From contig JAGVNJ010000074.1 of assembly GCA_020053305.1 (NCBI GenBank), positions 7,348 to 71,347 on the forward strand: DNA of 64,000 nucleotides, given 5' to 3'. The position numbers and the translations under genes are program-made. Below are positions 19,013 to 28,709 of the stretch, piece after piece (position 1 is the stretch's first letter; every line of letters begins with the position of its first letter). The notes below the pieces were generated by a model that saw only the letters and a list, made by a program, of their open reading frames with translations, was not told the origin of the DNA and did not search any database. The stretch comes from Candidatus Edwardsbacteria bacterium. Its GTDB lineage: Bacteria > Edwardsbacteria > AC1 > EtOH8.

Positions 19013-19759
19013 ATGCACCGAGTCTTGATGTCGGCGTTGATTTTCCTCATTATTGTTTTGTCTCCATACAGCAAAGCATATTCACAAACTGTAGCACCCG
19101 ATAGCGGTTCTATCCAGCAAATAGAAACAGAGGGTTTAAATCCCGAACCTCAAGCGCCAGTTGCCGCAATAGCCGATAGCATTGCCGTTATCAAACCTTT
19201 CGCACCCTCCCTGCGGTTGGAGGGTTTCAGTATGTATAATTTTGCCGCGGCCTACTTCTACAGTCGCCAGAAAATGACCGGGCTTGTTTGGTGGGACGAG
19301 ACCAGCTATGAGTACACCTATACCACAACGATTTTTGCAGCCGGGGCGAGCTGGAATTACCTGATAAATAACGGGCTTTCTTTGGGCGGCAGCTTGGGGC
19401 TTGTCAACATCGGGACATCCAGATCCGGCGGGCCGGAATCATATTACTATTCCGATTATTCCAACAACTCCTCCATGACCCTGATCGGGCCGAGAATTGC
19501 CCAGTATTTTGGAAACAAGAACAGCAAATTCATGCCCTTCGTGGCCGGCGAGATGGATATCATTACAACCTCATATGGAAGCTATGGCGACAGCGAGACT
19601 ATTTTTCGAGTGGGCGGCGGCGTGATCATCAAACTTGTTCCCAGCGTGGGTCTGTCTATCGGCCTGGATTATCTTAAAATAGAGGATCAGAAGAACACCG
19701 TGAATGTAATGGGCACTATGGGGTTGGTCTGCATGCCTTTCGACCTAAAAAATCAATAA
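19013..19759 (+). CDS. putative outer-membrane beta-barrel protein
   Basis: Signal peptide, alternating hydrophobic and aromatic beta-strands, Gly-rich loops, and a C-terminus ending CMPF. Confidence 0.5.
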   Translation: MHRVLMSALIFLIIVLSPYSKAYSQTVAPDSGSIQQIETEGLNPEPQAPVAAIADSIAVIKPFAPSLRLEGFSMYNFAAAYFYSRQKMTGLVWWDETSYEYTYTTTIFAAGASWNYLINNGLSLGGSLGLVNIGTSRSGGPESYYYSDYSNNSSMTLIGPRIAQYFGNKNSKFMPFVAGEMDIITTSYGSYGDSETIFRVGGGVIIKLVPSVGLSIGLDYLKIEDQKNTVNVMGTMGLVCMPFDLKNQ

Positions 19760-19774
19760 TCAGGAGTCGTAATA

Positions 19775-21121
19775 GTGATAACAATTCTGGCTACGTTATT
19801 CGTTCTGGGGATCATGGTGTTTGTCCACGAGCTGGGCCATTTCTATGTGGCCAAGAAGGTGGGCATCAGGGTATTAAAATTCTCCCTGGGGTTCGGTCCC
19901 AAATTGTTCGGATTCAAAAAAGGCGACACCCAATATCTGATCTCGGCCCTCCCCCTGGGAGGATATGTGAAACTGGACGGGGAGGAGGCTTTTGAAGAAA
20001 ATTATATCGCCAAGCCGGGCGATTATATGGCCGCCCCCTGGTGGGGCCGGGTGCTGATGGCCCTGGCCGGACCGATGGCCAACCTGCTTACGGCCTTTCT
20101 GATATTCATCATGCTGGGGCTGGTGGGATTCAACGCTCCGGATTATTCCACTTCGGTCGGCAAGGTGGAACTCGGCAGCCTGGCCCAGCAGGCGGGCATA
20201 AGCGAAGGCGATCGGATTATCGCCGTAAGCGATCGGGAAATTAAAACCTGGCACGGCCTGTGGCAGGAACTGCAGACCGAGAGTACAGCAGACTCGTTAT
20301 CCCTCACCTTGGACCGGGCGGGAGAAAGGAAAGTTCTTAATATTCCCTCATCCCGACGGATGAAATTTTTAGAGGGTATCGAGCCGGCGGTGCCGGCTCA
20401 ATTGGGAGAGGTCTATCCCAGCCTGCCGGCCTACCAGGCCGGGCTTAACGCCGGGGACATCATCCTGGCCATTGATGATAAGCCGGTAAAGACCTGGGAC
20501 GGCATGAGGGAGATCATCAACCAGAATGCCGGGCGGGAGACCAAGCTGCTGGTCGAGAGGGGCTCAGATACCTTCAGTGTCAGGATCACACCGGTGGAAC
20601 AGGATTATCCGGGGCAGGGTTCCGTCGGGGTGATTGGAGTCACCGCCCCGGTGTTCGGGAGCTATAAGCTGCGGCTGGGACTTTGGGCCTCGATCGCCAA
20701 TGCCACGGTCAGCACCGGAAGCTTGGTGGCCCGGACTTACGGCGTATTGTACAAGATCGTGGTAAAGCCCTCCTCGGCCAAACAGCTGGGCGGCATTCTG
20801 ATGATAGGAGAGATGGCCGGGAGCACCGCCAAAAAAGGCTTCAGCGACCTGATGCTGCTGGTGGCGCTACTTTCCATCAGTTTGATGGTTCTCAATCTCC
20901 TGCCTCTGCCGGTGTTGGACGGGGGCGTGATATTCTTCAGCCTGCTGGAGGGAATAAGAAAAAAGACCCTGCCGGTCAAGGTGCAGGTGGTCATCCAGCA
21001 GATCGGGATCGCCATTCTGATCATGCTGATGCTGTTCACCATTCTTAACGACGGAATGAAGATATTCAGCCGGCACTCGGCGGTCAAGAAGAACAGCCTG
21101 CAGATCGAACAGACCAAATAA
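19775..21121 (+). CDS. rseP: site-2 zinc metalloprotease RseP (M50 family)
   Basis: HELGHF zinc motif in TM1, two PDZ segments, and a C-terminal LDGG motif. Confidence 0.85.
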   Translation: MITILATLFVLGIMVFVHELGHFYVAKKVGIRVLKFSLGFGPKLFGFKKGDTQYLISALPLGGYVKLDGEEAFEENYIAKPGDYMAAPWWGRVLMALAGPMANLLTAFLIFIMLGLVGFNAPDYSTSVGKVELGSLAQQAGISEGDRIIAVSDREIKTWHGLWQELQTESTADSLSLTLDRAGERKVLNIPSSRRMKFLEGIEPAVPAQLGEVYPSLPAYQAGLNAGDIILAIDDKPVKTWDGMREIINQNAGRETKLLVERGSDTFSVRITPVEQDYPGQGSVGVIGVTAPVFGSYKLRLGLWASIANATVSTGSLVARTYGVLYKIVVKPSSAKQLGGILMIGEMAGSTAKKGFSDLMLLVALLSISLMVLNLLPLPVLDGGVIFFSLLEGIRKKTLPVKVQVVIQQIGIAILIMLMLFTILNDGMKIFSRHSAVKKNSLQIEQTK

Positions 21122-21196
21122 ATAGGCCGGGAGCGGCCAATAGCAGCCGACTGCGCCAAGGCTGTTTATTATTGGTAAACGTTAAAAGAGCATGTA

Positions 21197-23146
21197 ATGA
21201 AAGATTTATTGAAAATTCTGGAAAAGAAAAAAATTACTTTGCCGGATGACATTTTCGCTCTGCTCAACAATTGCAAAAACATCTCTGTTTTCGATTCTGT
21301 TGAGCAATTGGCAAGTGCTGCCGTTGGCGGCGAGAACAACAAAACTTTTGAAGTTAAGTACGACATTCCAGGGAAAGGGGAATACATCGAAGCAATAATC
21401 CACCGGGTAACCAATGGTATTTCCGCTAATTATATAGAGCCCTATATGCGCCGGCGGGACCCCGGCACCATGTCCATAGCAGATGCCCTGCCCAGCGATA
21501 AAAAGAGGTTTAAAGAGGAATTTGGGTATGAATTTCAATTGCTTAAATCAGAAACATTAAATTGGCTAAGAAAGCAGGACTTGGCCGTTTTTTTCTATTT
21601 TGCCGGAAGGGAAAAAATCGGCGTGGGAGGAATGGCCATTGCCCCGGCAAATGCCGGTTTTTTTGCCATGGGGTTAGCGATGTTGCAAAGCATCACTCCT
21701 GTTGTCAATTTACCGGAGGATTTTGCTATTGATTCTGTAATATATGTTGCCCCGACTTTTAGGCACACCCATTTTAAAGGCAGGCAGGTAGTTGTTCACA
21801 ACCGATCAGAAAACCGGCACGAAATTTATGCCTATAACCTATATCCGGGGCCAAGCGCCAAGAAAGGGTTGTATGGAGTATTATTGACAAAAGGGGAGAA
21901 AGAAGGATGGATCACTGCCCATTGCTCCACAGTTCAAGTAGTGAGCCCCTACGACAATTTAACAACTTTTATGCATGAAGGGGCAAGCGGCGGAGGAAAG
22001 AGCGAAATGCTGCAGCATATAGTAAGGGAGCAGGATGGTCAGGTTTTAATCGGGCAAAATATAGTGACCGGTGAAAAAAGGCTTATCAACCTGCCCCTTT
22101 TCTGCTTGTTTAATCCTGTTACCGATGATATGGCCCTCTGTCATCCATCAATCCAGTCGGATAGCGGAAAATTGACGGTTTTAGACGCAGAGAATGCTTG
22201 GTTTATTCGGGTTGACAGCATTAATGAATATGGAGACGATCCTTTCCTTGAAAAAATAACCATCAACCCCAAAAAGCCGTTGTTATTTTTGAATATTAAA
22301 TCTAAACCAGAGTGTACGGCGTTGATATGGGACCATATCGAAGATGAACCAGGAAAAAGATGCCCCAACCCCAGGGTAATTCTTCCAAGGGATGTTGTGC
22401 CCGGCGTTATCAGTAAACCCATTACAGTGGATGTCCGGAGTTTTGGCGTGCGCACTCCTCCCTGTTCAAAGGTTAGCCCCAGCTATGGTATTATCGGATT
22501 ATTCCATATCCTGCCGCCGTCATTAGCCTGGTTATGGAGGCTCGTTTCGCCCAGAGGCCATGCAAATCCGAGCATTGTGGGAGGCGGGGGAATGGAATCG
22601 GAAGGAGTCGGTTCGTATTGGCCTTTTGCGACCGGCAAGAGGGCGACCCATGCAAATATAATTCTTGAACAGATTATACAAACCCCGCGGATGAGATATA
22701 TTTTAGTGCCTAATCAGCACATTGGCGTTTGGAAGGTAGGCTTCAAACCACAGCTTTTAATGCGCGAATACCTCACACGCAGGGGAAATGCAAAATTAAG
22801 GAGCGACCAGTACCAAGAGGCCAGATGCCCCCTGTTGGGTTATGAATTGAACTATCTTACCATTGAAGGGGCAAAAATACCTTCGCGGTTTCTTCAGGTT
22901 CACCGGCAGAGCGAAGTCGGTAATGAAGGGTATGATGCCGGAGCACGGGTTTTATATGATTTTTTTAAAAATGAGTTGCAGAACTATCTGACGCCGGAAT
23001 TATCTGTTACCGGAAGAATGATAATTGAGGCATGTATGTCGGGCGCAACAGCTGAAGACTACAATTCGATAATACCAATGCATTACCAGTACTCATTCTT
23101 AACAATGGATGATTATGAACTTAGCAATAACAATACTTGGTACTAA
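21197..23146 (+). CDS. hypothetical P-loop protein with HprK/PEPCK-like Walker A (GASGGGKSE) and an LIG motif
   Basis: Markedly lower GC than its surroundings. The GxSGxGKSE motif matches the HPr kinase P-loop, and the spacing to a following VLIGQN resembles the PEPCK kinase-2 LIGDDEH motif. Confidence 0.5.
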   Translation: MKDLLKILEKKKITLPDDIFALLNNCKNISVFDSVEQLASAAVGGENNKTFEVKYDIPGKGEYIEAIIHRVTNGISANYIEPYMRRRDPGTMSIADALPSDKKRFKEEFGYEFQLLKSETLNWLRKQDLAVFFYFAGREKIGVGGMAIAPANAGFFAMGLAMLQSITPVVNLPEDFAIDSVIYVAPTFRHTHFKGRQVVVHNRSENRHEIYAYNLYPGPSAKKGLYGVLLTKGEKEGWITAHCSTVQVVSPYDNLTTFMHEGASGGGKSEMLQHIVREQDGQVLIGQNIVTGEKRLINLPLFCLFNPVTDDMALCHPSIQSDSGKLTVLDAENAWFIRVDSINEYGDDPFLEKITINPKKPLLFLNIKSKPECTALIWDHIEDEPGKRCPNPRVILPRDVVPGVISKPITVDVRSFGVRTPPCSKVSPSYGIIGLFHILPPSLAWLWRLVSPRGHANPSIVGGGGMESEGVGSYWPFATGKRATHANIILEQIIQTPRMRYILVPNQHIGVWKVGFKPQLLMREYLTRRGNAKLRSDQYQEARCPLLGYELNYLTIEGAKIPSRFLQVHRQSEVGNEGYDAGARVLYDFFKNELQNYLTPELSVTGRMIIEACMSGATAEDYNSIIPMHYQYSFLTMDDYELSNNNTWY

Positions 23147-23347
23147 AGGCGATTTTGAACATGGTAAAAGAGGAAAATAAAATTCAGAAACAGGCATAGC
23201 TGTTGCAGACAGAGTTGTCTCGGCAGACACTGGCTTAAACAATTCGTCGGCTTTGATTATTGTTGACTTTTATATATCAAGATTGTTATAATTCAAATCC
23301 TGTTTACTTTATAAAACAACAAAATTACATATATCGGGAGGGATGTT

Positions 23348-25432
23348 TTGAAGAATTATACTGCGGACAAGATCCACAACATTGTATTGGCCGGCCACGG
23401 CGGTTGCGGTAAGACCACCCTGGCCGAGGCCATGGTTCATGTCGGCAACCCCACCGGGCGCCTGGGACGGGTGGACGACGGCAACTCCATCTTTGATTTC
23501 GACATCGATGAGACCACCCGCAAGATATCCATCTTCTCATCCCTGGCGGCCTGCGAACACCAGGACCACAAGCTGAATGTGATAGACACCCCGGGCTATG
23601 CCGATTTTGCCGGCGAGGTCAAGGCCGGAATGCGGGTGGCCGACTGCGTGATCATCGTGGCCCAGGGGGTGGCCGGGATAGAGGTGGGCACCGACAAGTG
23701 CTGGAAGTATTCGGACGAGCTGAAGCTTCCCCGGGCCATCTTTCTGACCCGCCTGCTGAAGGAGCATTCCGATTTTTATAAATCGCTGGACCAGGCCCGC
23801 GATATGTTCGGCCATCAGGCGGTGCCCCTGACCCTGCCCATCGGCGACCAGCTGAACCTGAAGGGAGTGGTCGATCTCACGATTATGAAAGCCTTTCTCG
23901 AGAGTGAGGGAAAATCCACCATCGGCGAGATACCGGGCGAGATGGCCGGCAAAGCCAAGGAATATCGTGACAAGCTGGTGGAGGCGGTGGCCGAATCCGA
24001 TGATAACCTGATGGAGAAATTTTTGAACGGCGATAGCCTGACCGACCAGGAAGTATCCGATGGTTTAAAAACAGCCATTAGAAAAGGGAGCCTGATCCCG
24101 GTGTTCGCCGGCGACGGTTACTTCCAGGTGGGGGTCAACGCCCTGTTGAACTCCATTGCGGCCTTCTTCCCGACGGCGGCCGATACCGAAGAAGTGGTTG
24201 CCAAAAAAGCCGGCAGCGATGAGGAAATAATCATCAAGTGCGATTCGGCCGGAACCCCGGTGCTGTTCATGTTCAAGACCTTTATCGAACCCCATGCCGG
24301 AAATCTGAATTATTTCCGGATGTATTCCGGCACGCTGGAGCCGGGGATAGAGCTTTATAACGCCTCACTCAGCAAGGCGGAAAAATTCGGACAGTTCTAC
24401 TTTCCCAACGGAAAAGACCGCATCGACGCCCCCAAGATCAGTTGCGGCGATATCGGCATCGCCGTAAAACTGAAGGAATCGGGCACCGGCGACACCATCA
24501 GCACCAAGAATAACCAGATAATTCTGCCGGAGACCGTACTGCCCAAGCCGTCGATATCGGTGGCGGTGGAGGCAAAATCCAAGGACGACGAGGGCAAGAT
24601 ATCGGTGGGCCTGTCCCGCCTTAATGAGGAGGATCCCACCTTCACCTACGGCTTTGTCCCCGAGATCCGGCAGACCCTGATCAACGGCCTGGGCGAACTG
24701 CATTTGGACATCATGGTGGGGCGGTTGAAGAGGAAGTTCGGGGTGGAGGTCACCATCATCAAGCCCCGGATACCCTACCGCGAGACCATCTCCAAGAAAG
24801 TGGAGATCCAGGGCAAGCACAAGAAACAATCGGGCGGACACGGCCAGTACGGGGACGTCTGGCTGCGCCTGGAGCCGCTGCCCCGGGGCGGAGGCTTCGA
24901 GTTCGTGGACGAGGTGGTGGGCGGGGTGGTGCCCGGCAACTTCATTCCCTCGGTGGAGAAGGGCGTCAAGGCGGCCATGCTGGAAGGGGCGGTGGCGGGC
25001 TACCACATCGTGGACCTGAAGGCGGCCATATATTTCGGCTCCTATCACCCGGTGGACTCCTCCGGAACCAGCTTCGAGATCGCCGGTTCCATGGCCCTCA
25101 AGAAGGGCGTGCTGGACGCCTCTCCGGTTCTGCTGGAGCCCATCATGAAACTGGAGGTGGCCATCCCCGAGGAATTCGCCGGACAGGTGATGGGCGACCT
25201 CAACTCCCGCCGGGGCCGCATCAGCGGCATGGATTCGGCCAAGGGCATGCAGGTGATCAAAGCCACCGTGCCTCAGGGCGAGATGTACAAGTATTCCACC
25301 TCTCTGCGCTCCATGACCCAGGGCCGGGGCAACTTCGAGATGGAGTTTTCTCATTACGACCCGGTGCCTTTCGAGGCCACCCAGAAGATCATAGAAGAGG
25401 CCAAGAAGGAAAAGGAAGAGAAGCAAAAATAA
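23348..25432 (+). CDS. elongation factor G family protein (EF-G paralog with degenerate G motifs)
   Basis: Full EF-G domain layout. The motifs diverge from canon: G1 is AGHGGCGKTT, G3 is DTPGY (catalytic His to Tyr), G4 NKxD is replaced by TRLL, and G5 SAK is lost. Confidence 0.8.
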   Translation: MKNYTADKIHNIVLAGHGGCGKTTLAEAMVHVGNPTGRLGRVDDGNSIFDFDIDETTRKISIFSSLAACEHQDHKLNVIDTPGYADFAGEVKAGMRVADCVIIVAQGVAGIEVGTDKCWKYSDELKLPRAIFLTRLLKEHSDFYKSLDQARDMFGHQAVPLTLPIGDQLNLKGVVDLTIMKAFLESEGKSTIGEIPGEMAGKAKEYRDKLVEAVAESDDNLMEKFLNGDSLTDQEVSDGLKTAIRKGSLIPVFAGDGYFQVGVNALLNSIAAFFPTAADTEEVVAKKAGSDEEIIIKCDSAGTPVLFMFKTFIEPHAGNLNYFRMYSGTLEPGIELYNASLSKAEKFGQFYFPNGKDRIDAPKISCGDIGIAVKLKESGTGDTISTKNNQIILPETVLPKPSISVAVEAKSKDDEGKISVGLSRLNEEDPTFTYGFVPEIRQTLINGLGELHLDIMVGRLKRKFGVEVTIIKPRIPYRETISKKVEIQGKHKKQSGGHGQYGDVWLRLEPLPRGGGFEFVDEVVGGVVPGNFIPSVEKGVKAAMLEGAVAGYHIVDLKAAIYFGSYHPVDSSGTSFEIAGSMALKKGVLDASPVLLEPIMKLEVAIPEEFAGQVMGDLNSRRGRISGMDSAKGMQVIKATVPQGEMYKYSTSLRSMTQGRGNFEMEFSHYDPVPFEATQKIIEEAKKEKEEKQK

Positions 25433-25451
25433 TTCCACACAATCAAAAAAA

Positions 25452-25480
25452 CGGGGCGATAAGATCGCCTCGTTTTTTCT
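25452..25480 (+). terminator. rho-independent terminator after EF-G paralog
   Basis: Stem GGGGCGAT/ATCGCCTC followed by TTTTTT. A second small hairpin with a T-run lies at 25485-25500. Confidence 0.7.
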
Positions 25481-25563
25481 TGAAAGCCGGGCTTTTTTGC
25501 AGTAATATTCAATAAGGTGGATAGCAGAGAAATAATGGTTGTGGTAGTTTTAATGAGGCGTAA

Positions 25564-26082
25564 ATGAAAAATAAGATCGCCATAGTTGCTTCGGAAATGA
25601 TAGAACGCTCTATTTTTGTAATAAGAGGGCATAAAGTGATGTTGGATGCCGATCTGGCCAAACTTTACGGGGTGGAGACAAAAGCGCTTAACCGGGCCGT
25701 GAAAAGGAACATTGAACGTTTTCCCGGCGATTTCCTGTTCAGACTTACTACCGCCGAAACTGATAATTTGAGGAGCCAAATTGGCACCTCAAGTTGGGGT
25801 GGCAAAAGATACTTACCCCATGCCTTTACCGAGCAGGGAGTAGCCATGCTTTCAGGTGTTCTTAAAAGCAAAAGAGCCGTAAACGTAAATATTGAAATAA
25901 TGCGGGCATTTGTAAAAATGCGTAAAATGCTTATCTCTCACGATGAACTTGCTCAAAAAGTGACGGACATGGAAAAGCGGTACGACGGAAATTTCAGAAT
26001 GGTTTTCAACGCCATAAAACAATTGATAGAACCTCCGGCCATAAAAAGAAACCCCATCGGATTCAGGTCCGATAAAAAGTAA
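25564..26082 (+). CDS. ORF6N (KilA-N-like) domain DNA-binding protein
   Basis: Conserved ORF6N stretch ..VMLDADLAKLYGVETKALNRAVKRNIERFPGDFLFRLT..SQ.GTSSWGGKRYLPHAFTEQGVAMLSGVLKS.. Confidence 0.75.
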   Translation: MKNKIAIVASEMIERSIFVIRGHKVMLDADLAKLYGVETKALNRAVKRNIERFPGDFLFRLTTAETDNLRSQIGTSSWGGKRYLPHAFTEQGVAMLSGVLKSKRAVNVNIEIMRAFVKMRKMLISHDELAQKVTDMEKRYDGNFRMVFNAIKQLIEPPAIKRNPIGFRSDKK

Positions 26083-26098
26083 TCAAAATGGACAGTAA

Positions 26099-27097
26099 AT
26101 GATCAAACCCAAAATAGCCATCATCTTCACCGGCGGGACCATCTCCATGAAGTCCAGCAAAAAAAGCGGGGGCGCGGTGCCGGCCTTCAAGGGGCGGGAC
26201 ATTCTAAAGCTCCTGCCGGTGATAAATAAAAGCTTCAAGATAGAGGTCCATGACTTCGGGCAATATCCCGGCCCTCATATCACCCCGGAGATGATGCTGG
26301 AGATATCCCGGATCGCCAAGAAATATCTGGTCCGGCCCGATATCAAAGGCCTGGTCGTCACCCACGGTACCGATACCCTGGAGGAGACGGCCTACTTTTT
26401 AGACCTGGCCATATTCTCTCCCAAGCCGGTGGTGGTGGTGGGGGCCATGAAGGACTGCACCGAGCTGGGCTGGGACGGACCGGCCAACCTGATGGGCGCC
26501 GCCCGGACGGCGATTTCGCCCGATGCCCGAAACAAAGGGATCCTGGTATTTCTGAACAACACCATCAATTCGGCCGGGGAGGTCACCAAGACCAGCACCG
26601 ATTCCTTCGAGACCTTCCGCAGCCCCGACCTGGGGCCATTGGGCTGGGTGGACCAGGACCGGGTGCTGTTCTACCGCCAGCCGATGTACCGCGAGCATTA
26701 CGAAGTCAAAAAGATACAGCCCCGGGTGGATCTTTTTAAAATGGCGGTGGGAATGGACTCCCGCCTTGTCAAATACGCGGTCGATTCCGGGGCCAAAGGG
26801 CTGGTGATCGAGGGCATGGGCCGGGGGAATATTCCGCCCGATGTAGTGCCCGGGATAGAGTACGCCATTGCTAAAAAGATCCCGGTCATCCTTTGTTCCC
26901 GCTGCATCGGGGGAAGGGTGCTGGGAACTTATGCCTACCCAGGCGGCGGTGCCCAGCTGATCAAGAAAGGCGTCATCCTGGGAGGGCACCTGCCGGGGCA
27001 GAAGGCCCGGATAAAATTGATGATCCTACAGGGGAAAGATATGTCAATACTTCAGATCAAGAAGGCCTTTGAATGCCGGGAATATTTCTGCGCTTAA
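26099..27097 (+). CDS. L-asparaginase (type I) / asparaginase-glutaminase family
   Basis: The N-terminal IAIIFTGGTISM matches the asparaginase threonine motif (TGGTI); the length is typical. Confidence 0.8.
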   Translation: MIKPKIAIIFTGGTISMKSSKKSGGAVPAFKGRDILKLLPVINKSFKIEVHDFGQYPGPHITPEMMLEISRIAKKYLVRPDIKGLVVTHGTDTLEETAYFLDLAIFSPKPVVVVGAMKDCTELGWDGPANLMGAARTAISPDARNKGILVFLNNTINSAGEVTKTSTDSFETFRSPDLGPLGWVDQDRVLFYRQPMYREHYEVKKIQPRVDLFKMAVGMDSRLVKYAVDSGAKGLVIEGMGRGNIPPDVVPGIEYAIAKKIPVILCSRCIGGRVLGTYAYPGGGAQLIKKGVILGGHLPGQKARIKLMILQGKDMSILQIKKAFECREYFCA

Positions 27098-27104
27098 GGA
27101 GAGA

Positions 27105-28505
27105 ATGGATTATAACCAGGTAAATAACCATATTCTAAAAAAAATGGTTTCTATCGTCGGAGAGAAATATCTGATAACCCTGGACGGCGACAAGGAGCCC
27201 TATTCCCACGACGAGACACTGCACCACAAATTCATGCCGGCGGTGGTGGTCAAACCGGGAAATACGGCAGAGGTATCAGCCATAATGAAACTGGCCAATG
27301 CCGAAAAGATCCCGCTTACCCCCAGGGGCGCCGGCACCGGATTGTCGGGCGGGGCTCTGCCGGTGTGCGGCGGCATCCTTCTGTCACTGGAGAGGTTCGA
27401 CAAGATTCTGGAGATCGACGAAGAGAACCTGATGGCGGTTACCCAGCCGGCGGTGATCACCGGGCAGTTGCAGAAGGCGGTCGAGGAGAAGGGACTGTTC
27501 TACCCGCCGGATCCGGCCAGTTTGGATTCCTGTTCCATCGGCGGCAATATCGCCGAGAACGCCGGGGGTGCCAGAGCCTTCAAGTACGGGGTCACTCGCC
27601 ATTATCTCTGCGGCCTGGAGGCGGTCTGGCCCAACGGCGATATCTCCCGGCTGGGGGGCAGGATCATCAAGGATGTTTCTGGCTACGACCTGATGCATCT
27701 AATATGCGGATCGGAGGGGACCCTGGCCATCATTACCGAGATCACCTTGAGGCTGCTGCCAAAGCCGAAGGTCCAGGCTGACCTCCTGATCCCATTCTCA
27801 TCCATCGAGGATGCGGTTAAAGCCACCAATGCCGTGATTCGGGAAAGGATAATCCCCGCCACCATGGAATTCATGGAAAAGAAGGCCATTTTGGCAGCCG
27901 AAGCCTTTTTGGAGAAGAAGGCGCCCTACCGGGAAGCCGAGGCTCATCTGCTGGTCCAGCTGGACGGCGAGGCCCGGGAGGACCTGCAGAAGATCTACGA
28001 AAGGATAGGGGAGATAGTCTCCGACTACGGCGCACTGGATGTGCTGGTGGCCGAGGACCGGCCGTCACAGGAACGGCTGTGGGATATCCGCCGCTCCCTG
28101 TCAGAAGCGCTGACCGCCAAAAGCCCGGTCCGGGAGCGGGAGGACGTGGTGGTACCCAAGTCAAAAATACCGCAGCTTTTTAAGGAACTGGAACTTTTGC
28201 AGAAGAAATATTCCATGGAAATCGTTTCCTTCGGGCACATCGGAGACGGCAATATCCATGTAAACATCCTCAAAGGGGAATCTCAGACAGAAAAATGGCA
28301 GGAGATTCTGCCCGGTCTGCTTGACGAAATGTTCAAAAAGGTGGTGGAACTGGGGGGGACCATCTCCGGGGAGCACGGCATCGGCTATGTCAAGAAAAAA
28401 TACCTGCCTTTGGCGGTGGATGCCCCGGCCTTGGCCATGATGAAAGCCGTTAAACGGGCCATTGACCCGCAGAATATATTGAATCCGGAGAAGATATTTC
28501 TTTAA
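27105..28505 (+). CDS. FAD-linked oxidase (GlcD / D-lactate dehydrogenase family)
   Basis: PCMH-type FAD-binding domain (PRGAGTGLSGGA) and a C-terminal FAD-oxidase domain. The start is placed at the ATG at 27105, preceded by AAGGAGAG; the ORF-track start at 27069 would overlap the asparaginase gene. Confidence 0.75.
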   Translation: MDYNQVNNHILKKMVSIVGEKYLITLDGDKEPYSHDETLHHKFMPAVVVKPGNTAEVSAIMKLANAEKIPLTPRGAGTGLSGGALPVCGGILLSLERFDKILEIDEENLMAVTQPAVITGQLQKAVEEKGLFYPPDPASLDSCSIGGNIAENAGGARAFKYGVTRHYLCGLEAVWPNGDISRLGGRIIKDVSGYDLMHLICGSEGTLAIITEITLRLLPKPKVQADLLIPFSSIEDAVKATNAVIRERIIPATMEFMEKKAILAAEAFLEKKAPYREAEAHLLVQLDGEAREDLQKIYERIGEIVSDYGALDVLVAEDRPSQERLWDIRRSLSEALTAKSPVREREDVVVPKSKIPQLFKELELLQKKYSMEIVSFGHIGDGNIHVNILKGESQTEKWQEILPGLLDEMFKKVVELGGTISGEHGIGYVKKKYLPLAVDAPALAMMKAVKRAIDPQNILNPEKIFL

Positions 28506-28648
28506 TACCTTTCCCCACGCTTGCGCCCCGCCACACTTCGACTATGACTTTGGCCAACTCTGTCCGGCGGCTCAGTGCCCGGCGGGGCTACAGCGCGCAG
28601 GCACGAAAGACGCGGAACGACGCGAAAAATATTTTCCGTTGCCCAATC

Positions 28649-28676
28649 GTCATTCCCATGAAAATGGGAATCCAGG
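28649..28676. repeat. dispersed hairpin GTCATTCC-N12-GGAATCCAGG (copy 2)
   Basis: GTCATTCCCATGAAAATGGGAATCCAGG, immediately upstream of the AT-rich beta-propeller gene. Confidence 0.5.
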
Positions 28677-28709
28677 TAAAAGATGTTTATAAATAATAAG
28701 GGATAGACC

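Noticed and set aside
24365-25438. 357-aa minus-strand ORF inside the EF-G paralog, and similar ORFs at 47127-48077 and 52883-53881
   Set aside because: Antisense to genes with clear family motifs (EF-G, panB/panC, argS).
28538-28690. 50-aa basic ORF (MTLANSVRRLSARRGYSAQARKTRNDAKNIF...) in the glcD/beta-propeller spacer
   Set aside because: No Shine-Dalgarno, Arg-rich low-complexity product, and it overlaps the dispersed hairpin repeat.
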